Below, piece by piece: positions 27,430-36,967 of a stretch of DNA of 64,000 nucleotides; within the stretch, counting starts at the first letter, position 1, and every line of letters begins with the position of its first letter. Source of the stretch: Candidatus Omnitrophota bacterium (lineage in GTDB: Bacteria; Omnitrophota; Gorgyraeia; Zapsychrales; Zapsychraceae); contig DATDQB010000020.1 of assembly GCA_035292445.1 (NCBI GenBank), forward strand, positions 91,484 to 155,483, read 5' to 3'. The translations under genes were made by a program, and so were the position numbers. Under the pieces are notes generated by a model, which worked only from the letters and a program-made list of their open reading frames with translations, was not told the DNA's origin and did not search any database.

Positions 27430-27502
27430 TTCCTTATTCAGGAAGGAAATGACGAGGCTCGTCCGATCGCCCCGGCGGGCGGACGGCCTCGCTTTTCAGT
27501 TT

Positions 27503-28267
27503 TTAAGTTAAGTGAATCGGGCCTTCCAACGCCCCGGTGATAAATTGCTTAACAATCGGGTTGCTCGAATGCTTGATCTCATCGGGCGTGCCCACCTCCA
27601 GGAGTTTCCCCTGATACAGCATCCCCACCCGATCCGCGATACGAAACACGCTTTCCATATTATGCGTGACCACAACGGATGTCAGCTTTAATTTCTTGGT
27701 CAGATCCAGGATTAATTTATCGATGACCGCGCAGGCGACCGGATCCAACCCGGCCGTCGGCTCATCGTAGAAAACCACCTCCGGGTCCATGGCGATCGCC
27801 CTCGCCACCCCGACGCGCTTTCTCATCCCTCCCGAAAGCATGCTTGGGTAATAATTCTCAAAACCCGCCAAACCAACCAAGCTCAATTTCATCTTGGCAA
27901 TAATACGGATGATCTTCGAATCCAAATTCGTGTGTTCCTTCAAGGGCAAACTGACGTTTTCCTCAACGGTCAAAAAATCCAACAATGCCGCGGATTGAAA
28001 ACTCATGCCGAAACGCCGTTTGAGCTGTTCCTCCTGAAGGTCATCCAAGACTTTTAAATCTTTGTCATCAAACAATATCTTCCCCAAACTCGGTTTAATG
28101 GCCCCCGTCATGATACGAAGCATGGTGCTTTTGCCGCTGCCGCTTCCCCCCATAATGACGAACGTCTCCCCTTTGTAGATATCAAGGGAGACGTTGTCCA
28201 AGACTTTGCGGCCCTCGAAAGCCTGGGAAATATTTTGCGCGGATATGGCAATTTTTTTATCGCTCAT
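27503..28267 (-). CDS. mlaF: ABC transporter ATP-binding protein MlaF
   Basis: Walker A GGSGSGKST and the signature motif LSGGMRKRVGVARA. Confidence 0.9.
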   Translation of the reverse strand: MSDKKIAISAQNISQAFEGRKVLDNVSLDIYKGETFVIMGGSGSGKSTMLRIMTGAIKPSLGKILFDDKDLKVLDDLQEEQLKRRFGMSFQSAALLDFLTVEENVSLPLKEHTNLDSKIIRIIAKMKLSLVGLAGFENYYPSMLSGGMRKRVGVARAIAMDPEVVFYDEPTAGLDPVACAVIDKLILDLTKKLKLTSVVVTHNMESVFRIADRVGMLYQGKLLEVGTPDEIKHSSNPIVKQFITGALEGPIHLT

Positions 28268-28268
28268 G

Positions 28269-29069
28269 TCATAAATCCGAGAAAAAATAAATTCCCGTTA
28301 AGATACAATCGGCGATGATAATAAGCACAAAGCTGGTAACCACACTGACCGTGGTGGCTCTTCCCACCCCGACGGCGCCTCCTTGCGTTTGCAGCCCCTG
28401 ATACGAGCCGACAATGGCAATGATCATGGCAAAAATAATCGATTTCGACAGGCCCGTATAAATGTCTCTGAGCTCCAAAAAATCGAACGCTGTTTGAAGA
28501 TAAAGCCCGGAGTTGATATTCAGATTAAAAACGCCGATTAAATATCCTCCAAGAAATCCAGAGGCATCGCCCAGCACCGTCAGGCACGGCAGCATAAAAA
28601 ACAAAGACAAGAATTTGGGAACGACCAGATAACGGACCGGACTAATGGCCATCGTGTCCAATGCTTCGATCTGCTCATTGACATTCATCGAGCCGATTTC
28701 CGCCGTAATGGCCGCGCCGATACGCCCCGCAACGACCAACGCCGTCAAAACCGGGCCCAGCTCACGGCAAATCGATATGGTCACCAAACTCGCCACATAA
28801 AAAACCGCTCCCATCTTCTCCAACTGGGGCGCCGATTGCATGGCCAGCACGACACCAGTAAAAAGCATGACAAAAAAAACAATGATAATCGACTGAATCC
28901 CCATAAAGACCATCTGGGCGAAAACTTCCCCCCACTTGATCGGTTTCTTGCGAAACGGCCCGACGAAGACCCAATACAGCGTTTCAATGATCAACTCCAA
29001 CGATTTAAAGAAGACCCGGACCCAATGCAGGATGGTCTTACCGATATTTTCAAAAATATTCATAAACAA
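28269..29069 (-). CDS. mlaE: ABC transporter permease MlaE
   Basis: MlaE/YrbE-family permease, 266 aa, 5-6 TM. Confidence 0.85.
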   Translation of the reverse strand: MFMNIFENIGKTILHWVRVFFKSLELIIETLYWVFVGPFRKKPIKWGEVFAQMVFMGIQSIIIVFFVMLFTGVVLAMQSAPQLEKMGAVFYVASLVTISICRELGPVLTALVVAGRIGAAITAEIGSMNVNEQIEALDTMAISPVRYLVVPKFLSLFFMLPCLTVLGDASGFLGGYLIGVFNLNINSGLYLQTAFDFLELRDIYTGLSKSIIFAMIIAIVGSYQGLQTQGGAVGVGRATTVSVVTSFVLIIIADCILTGIYFFSDL

Positions 29070-29072
29070 CGA

Positions 29073-29483
29073 TTACTTGTTGGGTTGATGGCTTTTTTGC
29101 CCTGATGATCCAACGACTTTGATGGTGCGAAGAAGCTCTTCCATATTCACGGGTTTTGTCAAGTATGCCTCGGCCCCCATCTCCATGCCGATTTCAACGT
29201 CTTCCATCCGGTCGCGGGCTGTCAAGAGAATAATCGGGATGTGTTTTTTCTTATCCTCACTTTTTAACAGCCGGCAAAAATTATAGCCATTAATGATAGG
29301 CATCATCACATCGAGAATAATAAGATCCGGGTGCTCGTTGATGGCAAATTGAAGGCCATCGGCCGCCTGGTCCGCGGTTTTGACCTCATAACCTTTAGCG
29401 CTCAGGGTGGATTGCAGGAGTTTAATCAAGACAGGATCGTCGTCAACGACCAGGATCTTCCTGATTTTCATTGCTTCGCTCAT
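29073..29483 (-). CDS. single-domain response regulator (receiver)
   Basis: ILVVDDDPV ... LIILDVMMP receiver motifs. Confidence 0.8.
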   Translation of the reverse strand: MSEAMKIRKILVVDDDPVLIKLLQSTLSAKGYEVKTADQAADGLQFAINEHPDLIILDVMMPIINGYNFCRLLKSEDKKKHIPIILLTARDRMEDVEIGMEMGAEAYLTKPVNMEELLRTIKVVGSSGQKSHQPNK

Positions 29484-29546
29484 GCTATCATTCTATCCTT
29501 TTGAAAATCGCTAAACAAGACTTTGGTCAACTTTCTTGGATCAATT

Positions 29547-30320
29547 TCATGTCTTTAAACCGATGCCTTTGTGAAGGAAATATAAGTTAATACACCCTAA
29601 ACCCGCGGCGAAGATGACCAGCAGCATAAGGCTTAAAAAAACATTAACGTCCGAGATCCCATAAAATCCATAACGAAACCCATCGACCATGTACAAAATA
29701 GGGTTGAATTTTGAAACCGCCTGCCAAAACAAAGGCAGATCATGGATCGAATAAAAAACGCCCCCCAAATAAATTAAGGGGGTCAGGATAAACATCGGAA
29801 AAATGCTGATATCATCAAAACTTTTGGCAAAAATGGCGTTCAATAACCCTCCCAAAGAGAAAACAACGGAAGTTAGTATGATAAATAAGAAAATAAAGCC
29901 TAAATGGTGAATGACAGGCTTGGTAAAAAACACGGAAACTACAAAAACAAGGCTTCCCACGCACAAGCCGCGAAGAATACCCCCCGTTGCATAACCGGCC
30001 ACTACCACCCAATTCGGCGTCGGGGAAACGAGAAGCTCCTCAATACTGCGCTGGAATTTGTTGCCGAAGAACGAGCTCACCACGTTGGAAAACGAGTTGT
30101 TGATGACCGCCATCATCACCAAACCCGGCACGATGAAGGCCATGTAACTGACGCCCTGGATGTCGCGGATCTGCGAGCCGATGAACTTCCCGAAGATGAC
30201 AAAATAAAGGGCCTGCGTAATAACAGGCGGAATAAGCGTCTGGCTCCAGATCCGCACGAACCGCGTCACTTCTTTGCGGACGATGGTGCTGAAGGCGATA
30301 TAGTTGGACTTGTAATTCAT
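29547..30320 (-). CDS. ABC-2 type transporter permease
   Basis: 257 aa, six TM segments with an ABC-2 pattern. Its partner is the adjacent ATPase. Confidence 0.75.
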   Translation of the reverse strand: MNYKSNYIAFSTIVRKEVTRFVRIWSQTLIPPVITQALYFVIFGKFIGSQIRDIQGVSYMAFIVPGLVMMAVINNSFSNVVSSFFGNKFQRSIEELLVSPTPNWVVVAGYATGGILRGLCVGSLVFVVSVFFTKPVIHHLGFIFLFIILTSVVFSLGGLLNAIFAKSFDDISIFPMFILTPLIYLGGVFYSIHDLPLFWQAVSKFNPILYMVDGFRYGFYGISDVNVFLSLMLLVIFAAGLGCINLYFLHKGIGLKT

Positions 30321-30330
30321 GATTAAGCTT

Positions 30331-30405
30331 TCAGTCGTCAGCTATCAGTCATCAGAAGTCATCAGACTGACGACTTCTGACGACTGAAGACTGATGACTG
30401 AAGAC
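30331..30405. repeat. interleaved palindromic decamers (CAGTCRTCAG / CTGAYGACTG) between the ATPase and the permease
   Basis: TCAGTCGTCAG...CAGTCATCAG...CAGAAGTC/GACTTCTG...CTGACGACTGA...CTGATGACTG, followed by TTTTTT. Confidence 0.4.
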
Positions 30406-31310
30406 TATTTTTTCAATAGTTCCAAAAATAACTTATCCATTCTATTTCCCTTTGGCCGCAAGTCATGGATCACCATGCCTAGGGCGTTGACCTTATGGAC
30501 AAACTCGCCCAGGCGCCTTTTCTTGTCGAGATCGACTTCAAAAACGTTAACATCAACGATCTTTGCGTTATATTCGCTGAGCTTCTCGATGGATTTGATC
30601 TCTTCGGCATGGACAACGTACGTTTCGACATCAAGAAGTTTCAATAACTGCGAAACACGGTCATACGCGATGATCTCGCCATTTTTGATCATGGCGGCGC
30701 TGCGGCACATCTGCTCCACTTCCTCCAGATAATGCGTGGTCAAAAGGATCGTCGTCCCCTGGCGGTTCAACTCGGACAAGAATTCCCACATCGAATAGCG
30801 CAATTCCACGTCCACGCCCGCGGTCGGTTCATCCAGGATCAAAAGCTTGGGATGGTTGATCAGCGCCCGGGCGATCATGAGCCGGCGCTTCATCCCTCCG
30901 GACAAGCTACGGGAGGGATGGTCCCGCTTCTCCCACAACATCAATTTCTTAAGAAGCACTTCAGAATCCTTAAGCGCTTTGCTTCGCTCGATCCCAAAAT
31001 AACCAGCCTGGTTAACGATGATATCCTGCACTTTCTCGAACATATTAAAATTCAATTCTTGCGGCACAACCCCCATCAACTCCTTGGCCTGCGGATGCTG
31101 GTGATCGATATCATGCCCGAATATGCGGACAGACCCTTCGGTTTTGAGCACAAGACCGGTCATGATGCCGATGATCGTCGTCTTGCCGGCGCCGTTGGCG
31201 CCCAGAAGGGCGCAGAAATCCCCGGCGGTCACCTGCAAATCAACGCCCTTTAAGGCCACGGTGCCGTTGGCATAGGTTTTCTTTAAATCCTTAATGTGAA
31301 TGGCCTGCAT
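30405..31310 (-). CDS. ABC transporter ATP-binding protein (ABC-2 exporter partner)
   Basis: Walker A GANGAGKTT and the signature LSGGMKRRLMIARAL. Confidence 0.9.
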   Translation of the reverse strand: MQAIHIKDLKKTYANGTVALKGVDLQVTAGDFCALLGANGAGKTTIIGIMTGLVLKTEGSVRIFGHDIDHQHPQAKELMGVVPQELNFNMFEKVQDIIVNQAGYFGIERSKALKDSEVLLKKLMLWEKRDHPSRSLSGGMKRRLMIARALINHPKLLILDEPTAGVDVELRYSMWEFLSELNRQGTTILLTTHYLEEVEQMCRSAAMIKNGEIIAYDRVSQLLKLLDVETYVVHAEEIKSIEKLSEYNAKIVDVNVFEVDLDKKRRLGEFVHKVNALGMVIHDLRPKGNRMDKLFLELLKK

Positions 31311-31317
31311 AAAGAGA

Positions 31318-32166
31318 TTATTTCTTTACAAGAGAATAAAACTTCGGTTTTTTGCGGGAACTAAGAAGGGCGAGATTGTCCTCCGGAAATTCTTTCCATT
31401 CAAACCGACCTTCCCCTGGGACAATCGAGGAAATTATCGATAAACGGTTTTCTTTATCGTACGTGTAGTAAAGCGAATTGCCTTTACGAAAAGCCCATAC
31501 CTCTTTGCCGTCCGCCAAAAAGAAATTCAGCGACTGAGGCTTATCTTTCGTATGTGCCAACAACTCTTCAACCGCATTCATTAATCCTTTGCGGACATTA
31601 CTGTCGGCCTCATCGATCTTTTTTACCAAATAAATAAAGTACAATTCCGAATCAATCCATGAATCAGGCGGGTTGCTGACGCATATTTGAGGAGAATTTT
31701 GCTTTAAGTATTCCTCTCCTATGAGGCTCATCAACAATTGCTTGTCAATGCCGCCGTTATGGCCGAACAGCCAATTTCTGCCGTTATGAAAAAGCTGGAA
31801 AGGATAAGGATCAGGGGTATCGCCGTTACACCCGGAAGAAGCCTGGCGCAGATGCCCGATCACGATATTGGCCTGCGTCTTAGCGGCATAATCGACCGCT
31901 TGGTCGAATTTTTCATCTTGTGAAGAGGATTTTTCGGAACGCGCCACCAGAGCCGTCGTCCCCTTATAAAACGAAATGGACCAGCCATCGGCAAATTCAT
32001 TGCCCAGATGTTTCAAGGATTGCGGTAACTGCAATAATTGCTCTTTGACGATGTCGGAAGAAATCGATTTGGTATTGGCTACCCAAAAGCGGCTGGCTTC
32101 CGCGGAGGAAATGGAAACACACATCCCAACAACGATCAACAGGATAACATAGGTGTGCCCTTTCAT
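31318..32166 (-). CDS. secreted class-II glutamine-amidotransferase-like (Ntn-hydrolase) protein
   Basis: Signal peptide. A GHLRQASSGC block resembles the GATase-2/YafJ core. 282 aa. Confidence 0.45.
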   Translation of the reverse strand: MKGHTYVILLIVVGMCVSISSAEASRFWVANTKSISSDIVKEQLLQLPQSLKHLGNEFADGWSISFYKGTTALVARSEKSSSQDEKFDQAVDYAAKTQANIVIGHLRQASSGCNGDTPDPYPFQLFHNGRNWLFGHNGGIDKQLLMSLIGEEYLKQNSPQICVSNPPDSWIDSELYFIYLVKKIDEADSNVRKGLMNAVEELLAHTKDKPQSLNFFLADGKEVWAFRKGNSLYYTYDKENRLSIISSIVPGEGRFEWKEFPEDNLALLSSRKKPKFYSLVKK

Positions 32167-32261
32167 AATACCCTCCTCTTATGAAACTTAATCAATAAGC
32201 CTAAAGGTATATTAATCTTAAACCTGCCACTTTGCCACAATAAATTAAAGAAAAGCGTTCA

Positions 32262-32894
32262 TTATTGAGACATGAGCGCTTGTTGAACGGCTTGCTGGTA
32301 TTGTTGCTGGATAGCCTGCTGTATCTGGGCCTGAATGGCCTGCTGGATTTGGGCCTGAATCGCTTGTTGTTGCTGCATGATGAGTTGCTGGGCCACCTGC
32401 TGCTGCACGGCCCGTTGGACGACGGCCCGCTGAATCGCCTGTTGCTGCGCCATGACAACCGCCCGTTGGACAATTTGTTGCTGAATAGCCCGCTGAACGG
32501 TCTGTTGAATGGCGTGCTGGACAACCGTCTGGGCGATACGCTGCTGGATGGTTTGTTGCATGGCCTGCTGGATCATCGCCTGGGCCACTTGTTGTTGGCG
32601 CTGGGCCAGCGTCTGCTGGGCTGCTTGAACATAAGCCTGTTGGATGGCCTGTTGAATAACAGCTTGCTGAAGCCCTTGCATAAGCGTCTGCTCAATAGCG
32701 GCCTCAACAATGGCCTGGTTCACGTTCAGCTGCTGTTGAATGACCGTTTGTTGCACCGCCATCGCGACCATTTGACGATAAGTGTTAATAACAATCTGCT
32801 GGATAATCGGATCAACGGTTTCCTGACCGCGGCCAATGCCGGTGGGAAGCAATAAAAAAACCAACAAAACCATGGGGATCTTATTTTTCATCAT
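32262..32894 (-). CDS. secreted Gln/Ala/Ile/Val-rich repeat protein (probable coiled-coil)
   Basis: Signal peptide MMKNKIPMVLLVFLLLPTG, then about 180 aa of AIQQ/QQAxQ repeats. GGAGAAAG RBS. The antisense Leu-rich ORF at 32265-32855 is a mirror artefact of the repetitive DNA. Confidence 0.55.
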   Translation of the reverse strand: MMKNKIPMVLLVFLLLPTGIGRGQETVDPIIQQIVINTYRQMVAMAVQQTVIQQQLNVNQAIVEAAIEQTLMQGLQQAVIQQAIQQAYVQAAQQTLAQRQQQVAQAMIQQAMQQTIQQRIAQTVVQHAIQQTVQRAIQQQIVQRAVVMAQQQAIQRAVVQRAVQQQVAQQLIMQQQQAIQAQIQQAIQAQIQQAIQQQYQQAVQQALMSQ

Positions 32895-32911
32895 CTTTCT
32901 CCAACGTTCGT

Positions 32912-33604
32912 TTATTCCGGAATAGTTTCGCCTTTTAATATCGGCGGTAATCTTAGGGCGTCTATCCGCAAGCCGCCGTCATGTTCAATTTTAATGGTAT
33001 AAAGGATGCCGGGGACAAACATGGTTCCCGGCGCTTCGATTTGCGCGTTTTTGATGCCGACTTTTTTGGCCTTCTGCGGGTTCAGCGCGTATTCCCAAAA
33101 TTGCTGCCACAACCTTTTCTCCAAAGGATAATCCCCGTCAGCCAATTTGTAACCATCAGGTATCGTGTGCGCCTGGGTGATGTCATATTCCTGGGTATTG
33201 GTGCCGTCCAGCATAAAAACTTTCCAGAATAAATAGGCGCTTTTGCCCTTTAAGGCATCGCCCCGGCGGATATGGATATCGTCAAAACGCACGATGAGCG
33301 TCTGAAACTGAATAATATTGCCAGAGAACGTAAAATATTTCGCCTCCATCGGCTTACCTTTACTATCATACTCCAAAAATTTGATCGTGGTATACGTCTT
33401 TTGGTTTTTTTCGTCATAACGGACGTTGGTGACCAAGACCTCGGCGGCCCTGGAATCCGCTTCCAGGCGGCTGACGATCTGTTTAAGGACGTAATTTTCG
33501 TGTTTATATCTTGAGAACAGATCGTACCCGAAATAACCCGCGACCGCCAGGACACCTAAAAGAATGATAAGTTTAAAAAACCTAAGATCGGACACTTTCT
33601 TCAT
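32912..33604 (-). CDS. membrane-anchored hypothetical protein
   Basis: N-terminal TM segment, 230 aa, no recognisable motif. Confidence 0.45.
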   Translation of the reverse strand: MKKVSDLRFFKLIILLGVLAVAGYFGYDLFSRYKHENYVLKQIVSRLEADSRAAEVLVTNVRYDEKNQKTYTTIKFLEYDSKGKPMEAKYFTFSGNIIQFQTLIVRFDDIHIRRGDALKGKSAYLFWKVFMLDGTNTQEYDITQAHTIPDGYKLADGDYPLEKRLWQQFWEYALNPQKAKKVGIKNAQIEAPGTMFVPGILYTIKIEHDGGLRIDALRLPPILKGETIPE

Positions 33605-33622
33605 GGTTGGTCCTCTTTGGGA

Positions 33623-34540
33623 TTAAATAGCCCTTAAATACGCCTCTTCCTCTTTTGGTTTCTTCTCATGCCCCTGCTGCTGCAGCGTCACGGCCTTCGC
33701 CAATACCTGGGCGGCCATCTCGTCCTTGCCGGCGGCTTTTAAATTCAAACTTAAAAAATAATAAGCCTCGGCGTAATCAGGATCTATCTCAATGGCCTGC
33801 TGCAGAAAATAGATCGACTTTTGATAATCTTCAAGATGGTAGGACGCCACCCCCGCGTAATAATAAAACATCTCCTGGGAATTCAACCCTATGGAAACGG
33901 CTTCATTGGCCAGCGCGATCGCTTTGCCGTAATCCTTAAGGGCAAGGTAACTTAAGATAAGCAACCGATGACATTCGCTGTAACCGGCCTTTAGCCGGGG
34001 CAGGATGATCTCCCCTAAATTCACCACCCCCGTCAACGCCCGTTGGTATTCGATCGATTTTGTGATGATCAACATCGCCATTTCAGGGTTCTTCTTCCGG
34101 GCCATCTCAAAATACTTGACCGCCTTTTCATGGTCGCCTTTTTTATAATAAATGACGCCGAGATTATAGGGAAACCAAAAAAAGTACGGGTTCAATACAG
34201 CGGCTTTCTCCAAAGAAGCGATCGCCTTTTTTTCCTTACCCAAATAATAATAACTGATGCCCAAAAACCCGTGGGCATCGGCCAGCTGCGGCAGAAACTG
34301 CACGACCTTTTCATAATAACGCTCATATTGTTCAAACATTTCCTTATCGGCCGCTGTATTGGGTTCCCGTTCACCGAGCCTGATAAGATGCGTAAACCCC
34401 CCCGGCATATTGTGATTAAGCGTACGGATGATCACCCTCTCGCGGATCACTTTGTAATCGACAATAAGAAGCGAGGCGCCGAAAAGGGCGAGATATAAAA
34501 CGGCGCCACGCGTTAGGATGAACTTAACCGCTGATTTCAT
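33623..34540 (-). CDS. membrane-anchored TPR-repeat protein
   Basis: N-terminal TM segment and several TPR-like repeats (AEAYYFLSLNL, YNLGVIYYKKGDHEKAVKYF). Overlaps the upstream polytopic membrane protein gene by 17 nt. Confidence 0.7.
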   Translation of the reverse strand: MKSAVKFILTRGAVLYLALFGASLLIVDYKVIRERVIIRTLNHNMPGGFTHLIRLGEREPNTAADKEMFEQYERYYEKVVQFLPQLADAHGFLGISYYYLGKEKKAIASLEKAAVLNPYFFWFPYNLGVIYYKKGDHEKAVKYFEMARKKNPEMAMLIITKSIEYQRALTGVVNLGEIILPRLKAGYSECHRLLILSYLALKDYGKAIALANEAVSIGLNSQEMFYYYAGVASYHLEDYQKSIYFLQQAIEIDPDYAEAYYFLSLNLKAAGKDEMAAQVLAKAVTLQQQGHEKKPKEEEAYLRAI

Positions 34541-36677
34541 AAGACGGATTCTCTTTTATCGCTGCGATGATCAATAACAAAAAGGTCAATGAAAATAGCC
34601 CCACATAAAAATATTCTATTCCGTAATCGATGGGAGAACGAAAACGCAACACGAGCGTGTTCTTCCCCTCCGGCAGCCAAACCCCTTTAAAAGAAATATT
34701 CGTTCGCCGAACCGGTGTTCTTTGGCCGTTAACAAAGGCTTGCCAATCAGAATGATAATTGTCGTTATAGACCAAAAATTTAGGCTTGTTATAACCGGTT
34801 TCTATCTTGATACCGTTGAGATCGAAATCCGAAACCTTGAACTGTCCGCTTTCGCCCTCGATGGGTTGCGGCTCAAGGGAAGCGTTTGCGCTTCCAGAAA
34901 AATGATCAACACCCTCTGCGGATTCGATATAAGCGATGTTCTCCCGATCCCTCCATGAACGCTCAAACTCTTTTAAGGCAACCCGATCATCCTCAACGGC
35001 CTTTGTTTTATCATAAACAATAAATTTATAACGGGCGTATTCCGAGAACATATCATCATCCACCCCATTCAAAAGAACATATAGCCATCGCGTGGAGTAA
35101 TAAAGCTGGCGCCCTTTTATGGAAAACTTATTTTCGCCTTCTTCGCTTTTGTGGTACGCCCGCTGATATTCAAATGTAAGTGATGCTGGCATCTCTTTTT
35201 CCAAAGCAACCGCGTGAAAGGCATTGCGGCTGACAAACAAGTACGTCTGCAGCGGCTGGATACCGACAAGGATAATAAGGGATATCAGCAGATTTCTCGG
35301 TGAAAAAAACTTTTCCAAACCGGCGTTGGCCGTCCGTCTTACATAGAGGCTGCACCAAACAAAGCTGAGAAAGACCGTCGCATAGGAAGTTATGCTCACG
35401 CCTTTCTGTAAAAAAAGAAAAACGGCAAAAACGGCGTGGATGAGAAAAACATACAAACCGGCAAGAACCGCATCTTTTCTACGATGGGCCTCAAACGCCA
35501 GAAGCTGACGGAATTGCTCCGACAACAACAAAATAAAGACAGGCAAAACAAGAACCCAGAAAAAATAATAAGATTGCCTGATGTATTTAAAATAAAAAAC
35601 GTGTTCCATGAGAAAATCGTAAAGAGGCGTCGTTGTCGTCAATCCGATCAAAAGGATGATAAAGGCCCACACCGCCATAAAAACCATTTTCTTGTTTAAC
35701 GTTGTTCCCAAGCCAAGCAACAACACAAGATAGGCAAAAACAGGCACATAGGCCACCCCCAGCTCCATCTCATCATGGCCGGAAAAAAGTTTATCGAAAT
35801 AAACCTGCGAGGTTATATCCCCTCCCGCTATATTACGCTCGCTGACGGTGAAAATATTCCCTCCCTGCGCCTCCTGCTGGCGGGCCGGCAGGGCCAATTC
35901 GCCGGATGCGGCGTCTTTATAAAGCCTGTAACCGGGGATCAATGATAATAGAATAAAAAGACAGCACAAAAAGGCAACGAACCTATTCTTTCCGGCAAAT
36001 TGGCCATAACGTGAAAAAATCGTCCGCAACGATTTCATATAAAAGAAAACGAACAGAATTAGAAACGTCACAAAGATTGTGATGAAGTAAAACGGGATAT
36101 ACGTCGTCAGTATCACCATCGATGAGAAGGTCAATCCCCAGGCGTGCACTTGCTTGGGCTCTTGGGTGAAGGCAACGAGAAAATAAAAGAACCAGAAATA
36201 AGGCACAAAGATAAGCTGGATATAACTGAAGAAAAGCATGGTGCTTAGGGAAGAAAAAAGCAGCAGAAGAAACCCTAAAAAGGCGGCCCGTTCGTCCTTC
36301 ACGAGCCGCTTGGCCAAAAGATAGAAACCGACCATGCCCAAAAAATAATAAACGGCCAAAAACCAAAGATAAGCCCCATGCCAACTCAGTCCGAGCTTAT
36401 TCAAAAGAAAGATAACGAAATAAAGCGGGTTGTAATTGCCGATGCGCCGCAGGAAAAACTCCCAGGGAATACCGTAATACCAGTCTGGGTCCCATAAAGG
36501 ATAAACACCGTGGAATAAATTGACAAGATAGAACTTGATGGACAAAGCGTACTGGACGGCATCCAGCACCAACGAAAGTTCTCCGGAAAGAAAGCCTCGG
36601 AACATAAAGACCCAAAGAAGAAAAGACAGCAGGAATGGCCAGGGGATTTGTTTTAAGGCAGCGGGTTTCTTGAACAT
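34524..36677 (-). CDS. large polytopic membrane protein with a C-terminal extracytoplasmic domain (YfhO / GT-C-like putative glycosyltransferase)
   Basis: 717 aa. More than 12 hydrophobic segments in the first 480 aa, then a hydrophilic domain and one terminal TM. Confidence 0.45.
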   Translation of the reverse strand: MFKKPAALKQIPWPFLLSFLLWVFMFRGFLSGELSLVLDAVQYALSIKFYLVNLFHGVYPLWDPDWYYGIPWEFFLRRIGNYNPLYFVIFLLNKLGLSWHGAYLWFLAVYYFLGMVGFYLLAKRLVKDERAAFLGFLLLLFSSLSTMLFFSYIQLIFVPYFWFFYFLVAFTQEPKQVHAWGLTFSSMVILTTYIPFYFITIFVTFLILFVFFYMKSLRTIFSRYGQFAGKNRFVAFLCCLFILLSLIPGYRLYKDAASGELALPARQQEAQGGNIFTVSERNIAGGDITSQVYFDKLFSGHDEMELGVAYVPVFAYLVLLLGLGTTLNKKMVFMAVWAFIILLIGLTTTTPLYDFLMEHVFYFKYIRQSYYFFWVLVLPVFILLLSEQFRQLLAFEAHRRKDAVLAGLYVFLIHAVFAVFLFLQKGVSITSYATVFLSFVWCSLYVRRTANAGLEKFFSPRNLLISLIILVGIQPLQTYLFVSRNAFHAVALEKEMPASLTFEYQRAYHKSEEGENKFSIKGRQLYYSTRWLYVLLNGVDDDMFSEYARYKFIVYDKTKAVEDDRVALKEFERSWRDRENIAYIESAEGVDHFSGSANASLEPQPIEGESGQFKVSDFDLNGIKIETGYNKPKFLVYNDNYHSDWQAFVNGQRTPVRRTNISFKGVWLPEGKNTLVLRFRSPIDYGIEYFYVGLFSLTFLLLIIAAIKENPSYEISG

Positions 36678-36771
36678 AAAAAAATTCGGGCCTAAAATTC
36701 ATTGAGAAATGATCGAATATATACTAACATAAAAAAAGAAGGTGGAATTATAAAATATTTTTCTTAATACT

Positions 36772-36960
36772 ATGTTAGAATCATTTTCCTTCAATTGCCC
36801 CTATTGCGCTTCCTTGAACACAAGCCCTCTTGACCCTTCTCAAGGAAACCGGCAGGAGTGGATAACGGACTGCGAGGTCTGCTGCAGGCCTATCCTTGTC
36901 CGGATCGAATTGGACGGCGAAGAATTACTTTCCGTTTCCGTCCACCAAGAAAATGAATAA
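36772..36960 (+). CDS. CPXCG-type cysteine-rich small protein (zinc ribbon)
   Basis: FNCPYCAS ... DCEVCCRP. 62 aa. Confidence 0.6.
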   Translation: MLESFSFNCPYCASLNTSPLDPSQGNRQEWITDCEVCCRPILVRIELDGEELLSVSVHQENE

Positions 36961-36967
36961 GTATGTT

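Noticed and set aside
27451-27500. Plus-strand Rho-independent terminator-like hairpin followed by a T-run
   Set aside because: There is no plus-strand gene upstream. The structure is more likely part of the palindromic repeat element. It is kept only as part of the repeat finding.
32265-32855. 196-aa Leu-rich plus-strand ORF
   Set aside because: It is the mirror image of the CAG/CTG-rich repeat DNA. The minus-strand ORF has a signal peptide and an RBS, so the plus-strand ORF is treated as an artefact.
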